From Bryobacteraceae bacterium (GTDB lineage Bacteria; Acidobacteriota; Terriglobia; Bryobacterales; Bryobacteraceae), in contig JBEKTU010000018.1 in assembly GCA_049515735.1 (NCBI GenBank), positions 1-24,000 on the forward strand: DNA of 24,000 bases, written 5' to 3'. The notes under the pieces are model-generated. The model was given only the letters and a program-made list of their open reading frames with translations. It was not told the DNA's origin and searched no databases. Positions 17,355 through 24,000 of the stretch are shown piece after piece. A program made the translations under genes and the position numbers. Positions within the stretch are counted from its first letter, which is position 1; every line of letters begins with the position of its first letter.

Positions 17355-20009
17355 ATGAAGATCGGCATCGACTTGGGCACCACCAACTCCGCTTTTGCCT
17401 ATATCGACGAAGGCGAGGCGGGGGACCGTGACTTTCCGCCGGTGCGCATCTTCGAGACGCCGCAACTGGTGGCCGCAGGGCGCATTGAGCCGCGCCGTAC
17501 GCTGCCTTCGTTCCTGTTCCTGGAAGACGGACAGCCAGTCGGTGCGTACGCGCGCGACCAGGGCGCGCTCATTCCCACGCGCCTGGTGCACTCGGCGAAA
17601 TCCTGGCTCTCCAACCCAGATGTGGATCGAACCGCCAAAATCCTCCCGTGGGATTCGCAGGAGACGGGACGCGTGCTCTCGCCGGTGGAGGTTTCGGCGC
17701 GCTTCATCGGCAAATTCCGGGAGGAGTGGGACCGCGCGAAAGGCGCGCCGCTGGCCGGGCAGGACATAGTACTCACCGTCCCCGCATCCTTCGACGAAGA
17801 GGCGCGCGAACTCACGGTGATGGCCGCGCGCGAGGCGGGTCTCGAGCGCCTCACGCTGCTCGAAGAGCCGGCCGCGGCGTTCTATTCCTGGATCGCCAAC
17901 AACCTGGCGCAGTCGCGCAAGAAGCTCTTCGACGGACAGACGGTGCTGGTGTGCGACGTGGGCGGAGGCACCAGCGATTTCAGCCTCATACGCGTGGCGC
18001 GCGATGGCGATCTGGTCAACTTCACGCGCACGGCGGTGGGCAAGCACCTGCTGCTGGGCGGCGACAATCTGGACCTGACGCTGGCCTGGCTGGTGGAGAC
18101 CAAACTGGGCGTGCCGCTCTCCATTCGCCAGCGCAGCGGGCTGCGCCGCCAGTGCACCGCCGCTAAAGAAAAGCTGCTCGGCGACGCCAGCCTGAAGGGC
18201 GTAGAAATCACGGTGCTCGGCTCCGGCTCGGCGCTGATCGGCAAATCGCTCAAAACCGAAATCCTGCGCGAGGAAGCACTGGAACTGGCGCTCGAAGGCT
18301 TCCTTCCCTTCACCCAGCGGGGCGAGGCGCCCAAGGAGGAAAAGCGCAGCCTGTTCCGCGAACTCGGCCTGCCGTACGTCTCCGACCCGGCCATCACGCG
18401 CCACTTGAACGCCTTCCTGGAGCCCACCGGCCAGGTTCCCGACGCCATTCTCTTCAACGGCGGTTTCTTCATTCCGGAGATTCTGCAAGCGCGCGCCGCC
18501 GATGTAGTGGGCCAATGGTACGGGCGCCGGCCCGAGATTCTGGAGAACAGCGAGCTCGATCTGGCCGTGGCGCGCGGCGCGGCCTACTACTCTTACGTGC
18601 GCTCGACGGGCAGCGGCGTGCTGGTGCGCGGCGGCTTGCCGCGCACCTACTATATCGCTCTGGGCGAGCCTCGGGAGGGCAAGTTTCCGGCCGTGTGCCT
18701 GGTGCCGCGCGGGGCCGAGGAAGGGGAATCCATCGAGATTGACAACCAGGCGCTGCAGCTTGTCGCCAACCGCCCGGTCTCGTTTCGGCTCTACAGTTCT
18801 CTCACGCGGGCGGACGACAAGCTGGGCGACGTGCTCGAATTCCACACCGGCGATCCGGACTTGCACAGGCACGCCCCGCTCAATGCCGTGATCCGCTTCG
18901 GCAAGCGGGCCGAGGAGCGGCTGATTCCAGTGAAGCTGGGCGCGAGATTGACGGAAATCGGCACGCTCGAAACCTGGTGCGAATCGAAGATCGGCGACAA
19001 CCGCTGGCGGCTCCAGTTCGAGCTGCGCAAACCAGCGGCGGTCGAGCCCGCCGAACGGAAAGCCGCGGCGGTGGTCGGCGAGCAGGCTCTGAAATCGTCG
19101 CTGGAGCTGATCGCGGCGGTATTCTCGGCCACCGCGAAATCGCCCATCGCACCGGAGGAAGTCCCAGCCAGGCTCGAGCAGAGCATGGGGCTGGGCAAGA
19201 ACAGTTGGCCGCTCTCCGCCATCCGCCAACTGGCGGACGCATTTCTGGCGGCAGCCGGTGGCCGCAAGAAAAGTCCGGCTTACGAGATTCGCTGGCTCAA
19301 CCTGTGCGGCTTCTGCCTGCGCCCCGGCTTTGGCTATCCCGGCGACGATTTCCGCCTGGAGCAGGCGCGCCGCATCTACGCCGCCGGCCTCACCCATGGC
19401 AACCAGGTGCAATGCGAAGTGGAGTGGTGGATCTTCTGGGGACGCCTGGCCGGCGGCCTCAACCGCAACCAGCAGACCGATGTCTACCAGCGCCTCTCCG
19501 GCTTTCTGCTGCCCCGCGGCGCCAAGAAGCCGCCGCGCATCAACGCGGCGCTGCTGCGCGAAATGTGGCGCACCGCCTCCAGCCTGGAACTGTTGCCCGT
19601 GGGCGCCAAAACCGAGCTGGGCGAGACGCTCCTCAAGCGCGTCAAAGCCGGCGATTTCAAGGAAAGTGAGCTGTGGTGCCTCTCCCGCCTGGGCGCCCGC
19701 AAGCTTTTCTATGGCCCGAGCAACCTGGTGATCCCGCCCGCCGCAGTGACGCGTTGGGTGGAAGCGCTGCTAAACATCCCCACCGCCGGCGACGCCCTGG
19801 CCGCCATGGCCCGCCGCACCGACGATCCCATGCGCGATCTGCCCATAGCCACGCGCGAGGGAGTCAAACGGAAGCTACAGACCTTGCCCCACGCCGCCCG
19901 CCTGGCCGCGGTTCTGGAAGGTGAAGAAGACGACAGCGCGCTGGGGCGGATCTTCGGAGAGGAACTGCCTTCGGGGCTGGTGCTGGAGAGGCCGGGGGCG
20001 GCTGGCTGA
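17355..20009 (+). CDS. atypical long Hsp70-family ATPase (884 aa): actin-fold NBD plus a non-DnaK-like C-terminal ~460 aa
   Basis: MKIGIDLGTTNSAFAY (phosphate-1), VLVCDVGGGTSDFSLI (phosphate-2), LLGGDNLD, ILFNGGFFIPEI, AVARGAAYY. Downstream comes a beta-rich stretch, then a Trp/Cys-rich helical region (EIRWLNLCGFCLRPGFGYPGDD, EVEWWIFWGRLAGG, ELWCLSRLGARKLFYGP). The 216 codons upstream in ORF 16707.. overlap the DUF2760 gene in another frame and are rejected. Confidence 0.8.
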   Translation: MKIGIDLGTTNSAFAYIDEGEAGDRDFPPVRIFETPQLVAAGRIEPRRTLPSFLFLEDGQPVGAYARDQGALIPTRLVHSAKSWLSNPDVDRTAKILPWDSQETGRVLSPVEVSARFIGKFREEWDRAKGAPLAGQDIVLTVPASFDEEARELTVMAAREAGLERLTLLEEPAAAFYSWIANNLAQSRKKLFDGQTVLVCDVGGGTSDFSLIRVARDGDLVNFTRTAVGKHLLLGGDNLDLTLAWLVETKLGVPLSIRQRSGLRRQCTAAKEKLLGDASLKGVEITVLGSGSALIGKSLKTEILREEALELALEGFLPFTQRGEAPKEEKRSLFRELGLPYVSDPAITRHLNAFLEPTGQVPDAILFNGGFFIPEILQARAADVVGQWYGRRPEILENSELDLAVARGAAYYSYVRSTGSGVLVRGGLPRTYYIALGEPREGKFPAVCLVPRGAEEGESIEIDNQALQLVANRPVSFRLYSSLTRADDKLGDVLEFHTGDPDLHRHAPLNAVIRFGKRAEERLIPVKLGARLTEIGTLETWCESKIGDNRWRLQFELRKPAAVEPAERKAAAVVGEQALKSSLELIAAVFSATAKSPIAPEEVPARLEQSMGLGKNSWPLSAIRQLADAFLAAAGGRKKSPAYEIRWLNLCGFCLRPGFGYPGDDFRLEQARRIYAAGLTHGNQVQCEVEWWIFWGRLAGGLNRNQQTDVYQRLSGFLLPRGAKKPPRINAALLREMWRTASSLELLPVGAKTELGETLLKRVKAGDFKESELWCLSRLGARKLFYGPSNLVIPPAAVTRWVEALLNIPTAGDALAAMARRTDDPMRDLPIATREGVKRKLQTLPHAARLAAVLEGEEDDSALGRIFGEELPSGLVLERPGAAG

Positions 20010-20012
20010 CGC

Positions 20013-20034
20013 GCTGGTGCGGGGCCGCGCCAGC
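20013..20034. terminator. candidate bidirectional hairpin between convergent genes
   Basis: gctggtgc(gg) / (cc)gcgccagc form an 8-10 bp GC-rich stem with one G-U position, lying in the 58-nt gap between stops at 20009(+) and 20068(-). No U-tract on either strand. Confidence 0.3.
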
Positions 20035-20067
20035 TATGCGAACAGCGCTAGGTTCCGGCGACCGCTG

Positions 20068-20928
20068 TCAGGCCTGTTCGTCGAGTTGTTTAAGGGATTC
20101 TCCATCCTTAGTCTTCCACACGATAAGTCCGTTTGCGCTCCCGCCGTGTACAACGACCGCAGCCGCAGATGGGCTAGAAAACTCGGCATCCTTGGTGAAG
20201 ACCAAGAACCCACCTTTCTCAATGAGCGTGCCGTCGGCTATGAGCTGTTTGCGCTGGGCTACCACGTAAGGATAGTTTTCGGCGGATGGGCGCTGCTCCA
20301 AGACCGCGGTGGAACCGTGGAACACGACGAAGCCGTTCGCGGTGCGCTGGCCTCGCGCTTCAGCTCCCTTGACGCGGCAGAAGAGCACTCCGCCTGGCTG
20401 AGCTGTCGCGGCGGGTTGAGCGATCGGCGTGAGGATGTCGGAGCCCAGGACGGGAAGGAGCTGCCGAATGCGGGCCAAAAACACCTCCATGTCCTCCCGG
20501 TCCGATTCGGGAAGCTTCGAGCCGCCAGCCTGATTCTGTTCGAGCGCGAATCTGTTGATCTGAGCTGCTTCGGCGAGGAGGCGGCTTTCGAGATACCTCA
20601 CATGAGCCTTAGTCAGGTTCTCGTCCTTGCTGACAAAGACGATGGCCGAAACCCAAAACTCCTTCGTCTTGTGCTGCTTCAGCCGCTCGCGAATGATTTC
20701 CGCTTCGCCGATGTAGGCGCGGGGTGCGTTGGTAACTGGGTCGCTGCCAATAATGAGGATATAGACTCCGGCCTTCTCGAGTTCCTCGCGAGCTAGCAGT
20801 TCCTCTAGTTCGGTGCGGGGTGCGGCAACGGCCTTGCCGGTCCAGTTAGAGATCTCGGCAGTGCGTAGACTCTTCGCGTCTCCGCGTGGAAGGAAGAGTT
20901 TGATAGTCGCCGACGTCATGTGCTCCAT
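20068..20928 (-). CDS. GIY-YIG nuclease-like protein with C-terminal DUF4357-type domain
   Basis: N-terminus IKLFLPRGDAKSLRTAEISNWTGKAVAAPRTEL. GIY-YIG-like core GVYILIIG...RAYIGEAEIIRERLKQH...HVRYLESRL. C-terminus FCRVKGAEARGQRTANGFVVFHGS...FTKDAEFSSPSAAAVVVHGGSANGLIVWK is the DUF4357 pattern as I recall it. Candidate starts are GTG 20931, ATG 20928 and ATG 20919. Spot GC counts of 34/60 and 31/60 are below the neighbours. Confidence 0.75.
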   Translation of the reverse strand: MEHMTSATIKLFLPRGDAKSLRTAEISNWTGKAVAAPRTELEELLAREELEKAGVYILIIGSDPVTNAPRAYIGEAEIIRERLKQHKTKEFWVSAIVFVSKDENLTKAHVRYLESRLLAEAAQINRFALEQNQAGGSKLPESDREDMEVFLARIRQLLPVLGSDILTPIAQPAATAQPGGVLFCRVKGAEARGQRTANGFVVFHGSTAVLEQRPSAENYPYVVAQRKQLIADGTLIEKGGFLVFTKDAEFSSPSAAAVVVHGGSANGLIVWKTKDGESLKQLDEQA

Positions 20929-20933
20929 CACGT

Positions 20934-20972
20934 CTGGACCTTGCGTACCCCGAGGGTGCCTACGCGGTCCAG
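20934..20972 (-). promoter_or_regulatory. composite inverted repeat in the 5' leader/promoter of the GIY-YIG gene
   Basis: ctggacc-tt-gcgta (20934-20947) pairs with tacgc-ggtccag (20961-20972), 7+5 bp with a 2-nt bulge and a 13-nt loop. On the mRNA strand the only SD-like element (AAGG) sits inside one arm. Confidence 0.35.
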
Positions 20973-21190
20973 TGTCCTCGATTAGACCTCAGTTCCACAC
21001 GCCAGTCAAGCGGCTTGAGGGGGGCTAGGGAGGCCATCACGGGCGGGAGGCGCTCGCGAAGTGCGAAGCCGCGAGACCGCGAACCCGCGCGGGTCACAGA
21101 GGACGACCGTCCAGGGCGACATCGACTAGGGACGAGACGGCGCCATGGAATTGTGCCGGCGTCTTTGCCAAGATCGATACGCGCCCGCGC

Positions 21191-21219
21191 TGGACGCTGA
21201 ATCCCCGGCCTGATAGAAT
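21191..21219 (+). promoter_or_regulatory. sigma70-type promoter for bfr (TGGACG N17 TAGAAT with extended TG), implying a leaderless or near-leaderless mRNA
   Basis: -35 tggacg at 21191-21196, a 17-nt spacer, TG at 21211-21212 and -10 tagaat at 21214-21219. The ATG at 21228 is only 8 nt after the -10 element, and no SD is present. Confidence 0.45.
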
Positions 21220-21227
21220 CCTTTTGT

Positions 21228-21704
21228 ATGCAAGGCAACCCAAAAGTCATCGCATTATTGAATGAGGCGCTCAAAGAAGAGCTGACCGCCATTAACCAGT
21301 ACTTTCTCCATTCCGAGATGTGCGAGAACTGGCACTATGACCGGCTGGGCGAACATATCAAGAAGCAGTCCATCGATGAAATGAAGCACGCCGAGGCGTT
21401 GATCGAGCGTGTTCTCTTCCTGGACGCCACCCCCAGCATGACGGAACCGATGCAGCTTACCGTGGGACAGAACGTGCAGGCCCAGATTGAGAGCGATCTG
21501 AAGCTGGAGATCGGCGCGGTGGCCATGTACAATCGCGCCATCCGGGTGTGCACGGAAGAAGGCGACAACGCTTCCCGCGAGTTGTTCGTGCGCCTCCTGA
21601 AGGACGAGGAGGAACATGTGGATTGGCTGGAAGCGCAGCTCCATCAGATCCAAGAGATCGGGTACGAGCGATTCCTCAGCCAGCAAGTCAGGGACGGCAA
21701 GTAA
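21228..21704 (+). CDS. bfr: bacterioferritin
   Basis: 158 aa, MQGNPKVIALLNEALKEELTAINQYFLH.... Ferroxidase ligands are at the canonical positions E18, E51, H54, E94, E127 and H130, and the heme ligand is M52 (counted in the translation). Confidence 0.95.
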   Translation: MQGNPKVIALLNEALKEELTAINQYFLHSEMCENWHYDRLGEHIKKQSIDEMKHAEALIERVLFLDATPSMTEPMQLTVGQNVQAQIESDLKLEIGAVAMYNRAIRVCTEEGDNASRELFVRLLKDEEEHVDWLEAQLHQIQEIGYERFLSQQVRDGK

Positions 21705-21716
21705 CCGGTTCCCCCG

Positions 21717-22511
21717 GTGCCCGAGCTTCCCGAAGTCGAGACCGTGGTGCGCTCCATGGCGCCGCTGGTGGGGCGCCGTATCGTCTCCGCCGAATTCCGC
21801 TGCCGGAGAGTGTTGCGCGGCGGCGATCCGAGGGCCATGGCGGCGCGCATACAGGGCCGCGGAGTGGCGGGCGTCCGGCGCTATGGAAAGTTCATCCTGG
21901 TGTCTCTTGAAGGCGGCGGATACCTGGTCATTCATCTGGGCATGACCGGCCGCCTCCTGCTCGGCGGCCCGGCGGGCAAGCACACGCATGCCGTCCTGAC
22001 GCTCGACCGCGGCGTCCTGCTGTATGATGACAGCCGGCAGTTCGGCTGCATCCAATTCAGCGAGGAATTTCCCGAGAGGGTTGCGAAGCTCGGACCCGAG
22101 CCGCTGGAAGTTCCGTTCGAGGATTTTGCCGCCGCGCTCAAGCGCCGCAAGACGCGCATCAAGGCGCTGCTGTTGAACCAGAGCTTCCTCCGCGGATTGG
22201 GCAACATCTACGCGGACGAAGCCCTTTTCCGCGCCGGAATTCATCCGCTGGTGGTGGCTGCGCGCCTGCGTAGAGACCGGGCGCGGCGGCTCTATGAAGC
22301 TATTATCGCGGTGCTGACGGAGGCCATAGCCGCTGGCGGCTCTTCGATTTCCGATTACGTGGATGCCCAGGGCCGCAGAGGCTTTTTCCAGTTCAGCCAC
22401 CGCGTTTACCAGCGCACCGGAGAGCCGTGCCTGGTCTGCGGGACATCGATCCGCCGGGTGCTGGTGGCGCAAAGATCATCGCATTTCTGCCCCCAATGCC
22501 AGAAACGTTGA
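21717..22511 (+). CDS. mutM: formamidopyrimidine-DNA glycosylase (Fpg/MutM)
   Basis: GTG start giving (M)PELPEVETV with catalytic Pro2/Glu3. H2TH region NQSFLRGLGNIYADEALFRAGIHP. C-terminal zinc finger CLVCGTSI...CPQC. Confidence 0.93.
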   Translation: MPELPEVETVVRSMAPLVGRRIVSAEFRCRRVLRGGDPRAMAARIQGRGVAGVRRYGKFILVSLEGGGYLVIHLGMTGRLLLGGPAGKHTHAVLTLDRGVLLYDDSRQFGCIQFSEEFPERVAKLGPEPLEVPFEDFAAALKRRKTRIKALLLNQSFLRGLGNIYADEALFRAGIHPLVVAARLRRDRARRLYEAIIAVLTEAIAAGGSSISDYVDAQGRRGFFQFSHRVYQRTGEPCLVCGTSIRRVLVAQRSSHFCPQCQKR

Positions 22512-22604
22512 GTGAAATGCTTCTGAAACTTGGCGTGCGCCCGCCGCGTCGTATGTGTTGAAATAGGAGTGACCGCATTCCGCAAAATAGAGGAGATTTC
22601 TGAC

Positions 22605-23306
22605 GTGAGACGCATTTCCCGCTACCTTCCCCTGCTGTTCGTGCTGTTCTGTGGCATTCAGTTTGCCAGCGCCCAGAGCGCCTTCGACTTGAACTTGGGA
22701 TTCGGCGCTATCCAGGATAAAGCCAGCTCCACCCAGGTCGATCAAGAGTTGAATACTTGCACGACAGGCGATCTTTATCCGCCTTGCGTGTCGACCCCCG
22801 CGCTCAGCGGGTTCATGATGGGCTTTGGCGGCGACCTGATGCTGTGGAAGAAACTCGGTGGCCAGTTGGGTGTTGGCGCCGAGGTGGGTTTCCAGCCCGC
22901 CAAAGAGAATTACATAAACCTGAACGCGTCGGCTGCGGCAAGCGGGCTGAGCAGCGAAAGCATACAGTCCCGCATGACGCTATTCGATTTCAATGGGATT
23001 TACGAGCCGGTCAACAACAAGAAGGTCACCCTCAAGCTGGAGGGCGGCATCGGCGTCGCGAATCTCAAGTTCTATGAGAGCGGCTCCTCCAGTTCCGTGC
23101 TGGGCAGCCAGAGCCAATCGGAGTATTTCGGAAGTGCCAACCACTTTCAGGTGCACGGCGGCGTGGGCGTGCAGATCTATGTCAGCGGCAACTTCTTCAT
23201 TCGCCCGGAGTTCGATGTCCACTACGTTCGCAACCTGACGCAGTTTGGAAGCAACATAGTGACGGCCGAGATGGTGTGGGTGGGATATAGCTGGGGCGAT
23301 CGCTAG
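22605..23306 (+). CDS. small outer-membrane beta-barrel protein
   Basis: GTG 22605 lies 8 nt after AGGAGA and gives the signal peptide RRISRYLPLLFVLFCGIQFASA-Q. Alternating amphipathic beta-strands: GVGAEVGFQP, LKLEGGIGVANLKFY, QVHGGVGVQIYV, FIRPEFDVHYV, EMVWVGYSW. Confidence 0.7.
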   Translation: MRRISRYLPLLFVLFCGIQFASAQSAFDLNLGFGAIQDKASSTQVDQELNTCTTGDLYPPCVSTPALSGFMMGFGGDLMLWKKLGGQLGVGAEVGFQPAKENYINLNASAAASGLSSESIQSRMTLFDFNGIYEPVNNKKVTLKLEGGIGVANLKFYESGSSSSVLGSQSQSEYFGSANHFQVHGGVGVQIYVSGNFFIRPEFDVHYVRNLTQFGSNIVTAEMVWVGYSWGDR

Positions 23307-23881
23307 AGCGCTGGCTGTGCGAGTTTCGGAACGGACTCAAACAGGCGCCGGCAATGCCTTGACGCCTGTCTGACCCGCGCCGGACTGATCAGTTTGAGCA
23401 GGGAAGGCGCGTGTTTTGTCTTGTGGTACCGGCCTTTGCTCGTGTCCTTCGTCGCGGTCTTCAGAGCTTCGAAAACATCCTCCTTGAGGATCTCTTCAAC
23501 GTTCGGATTCCCCCGGACAACATCCTCGCGAAACTCATTGCGGTAATATTTCTTCAGTGCTTCGGCATCGGCCAGAAACCAGGCCTCCATGCACTGTACC
23601 ATCCAGAAGACCGTGTCTTCCGACCGAACGTCAATTCCCCGTGGCTGGCAGATGGTCTCAAACAGCTTGCCGTCATCGGGCCCCTCGCTGTCGATCAGCA
23701 GAATGTTGAGCGAATCGGGGTGGGTGTCGAGCGCCAACCGAAAAACTCCGCACGGGTCCGCCTTGCCCGCTATGAGCTTCGGCGCCCGCCCGAGTGTTGA
23801 GGTGAGTTCCTTGAGGAACTCCGAGAACCCCTCTCGCAAGGCTGGATCTCCTTCGAAATGAATCCTGACTTCGCTCACCAT
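23303..23881 (-). CDS. DUF4276-family protein (possible TOPRIM-like fold)
   Basis: 192 aa with VRIHFEGD near the N-terminus, NILLIDSEGPDD, and MVQCMEAWFLADAEAL (E-x-W-(F/L)-L-AD motif as I recall for DUF4276). The ATG overlaps the upstream gene's stop. A spot GC count of line 23461-23520 gives 30/60. Confidence 0.65.
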   Translation of the reverse strand: MVSEVRIHFEGDPALREGFSEFLKELTSTLGRAPKLIAGKADPCGVFRLALDTHPDSLNILLIDSEGPDDGKLFETICQPRGIDVRSEDTVFWMVQCMEAWFLADAEALKKYYRNEFREDVVRGNPNVEEILKEDVFEALKTATKDTSKGRYHKTKHAPSLLKLISPARVRQASRHCRRLFESVPKLAQPAL

Positions 23882-24000
23882 CGATTCCCGCCGATTTCAC
23901 CCATCCGCCACAGTTCGCCGAGACGATAGCGATCAAGCCACTTTTCCAGTTCACTGGATTGCAGGCGGTTGAACTGGGTACCTCCATCCGGCCCGCGCTC
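23875..24000 (-). CDS. 3' end of a gene running off the window; the tail resembles the C-terminus of ABC/AAA-type ATPases that pair with DUF4276
   Basis: My translation of the minus strand from 24000 gives ERGPDGGTQFNRLQSSELEKWLDRYRLGELWRMGEIGGNRW, then TGA at 23877-23875. The frame is open to the window edge. The stop overlaps the DUF4276 start (ATGGTGA). The ORF track does not list it because its start lies outside the window. Confidence 0.45.
   Translation of the reverse strand, partial: ERGPDGGTQFNRLQSSELEKWLDRYRLGELWRMGEIGGNRW

Noticed and set aside
17121-19412. 763-aa ORF on the minus strand, antisense to the Hsp70-like gene
   Set aside because: Its composition is dominated by Arg/Ala/Gly/Leu with no motifs. 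It mirrors a gene with clear Hsp70 signatures. Long antisense ORFs are expected at this GC content because stop codons are rare.
19921-20796. 291-aa plus-strand ORF opposite the GIY-YIG/DUF4357 gene
   Set aside because: No motifs were found. The minus-strand frame carries the recognisable GIY-YIG and DUF4357 patterns.
21255-22472. 405-aa minus-strand ORF across bfr and mutM
   Set aside because: It is antisense to two genes with unambiguous active-site signatures. It has no recognisable motifs and a typical GC-rich shadow-ORF composition.

Overview
High-GC bacterial chromosomal segment, about 63-70% GC on spot-counted lines. The gene content suggests Acidobacteriota or a similar soil lineage: a PEP-CTERM/DVUA0089 protein, a DNRLRE protein, a YncE/phosphoesterase fusion, futalosine-pathway genes and Tat-exported redox proteins. 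This taxonomic guess is inference only. I support about 23 protein genes. I saw no rRNA, tRNA, CRISPR array, transposase or integrase. Most of the window is housekeeping or cell-envelope genes: Crp/Fnr regulator, PP2C phosphatase, UbiA-type prenyltransferase plus MqnE-like radical SAM enzyme, Mo-hydroxylase large subunit, DUF362, VOC/glyoxalase, bfr, mutM and an outer-membrane beta-barrel. Items worth a second look: (1) A MerR-HTH/TPR regulator, DUF2760 and 884-aa atypical Hsp70 module (15878-20009) with no J-protein or GrpE partner, preceded by three AGTACT palindromes at an exact 15-bp pitch. (2) A lower-GC standalone GIY-YIG/DUF4357 nuclease-like gene (20068-20928) convergent with that module. 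(3) At the right edge, a DUF4276 gene whose start overlaps the stop of an upstream gene by 7 nt. The tail of that upstream gene looks like an ABC/AAA-type ATPase, giving an OLD/PARIS/AbiL-like two-gene architecture. (4) A PP2C, Ig-like membrane protein and 569-aa secreted repeat protein operon, in which the middle gene has a clear signal peptide upstream of any canonical start codon. (5) An orphan Tat-exported molybdopterin subunit next to a Tat-exported DUF362. All family assignments come from reading motifs by eye. No database search was run.
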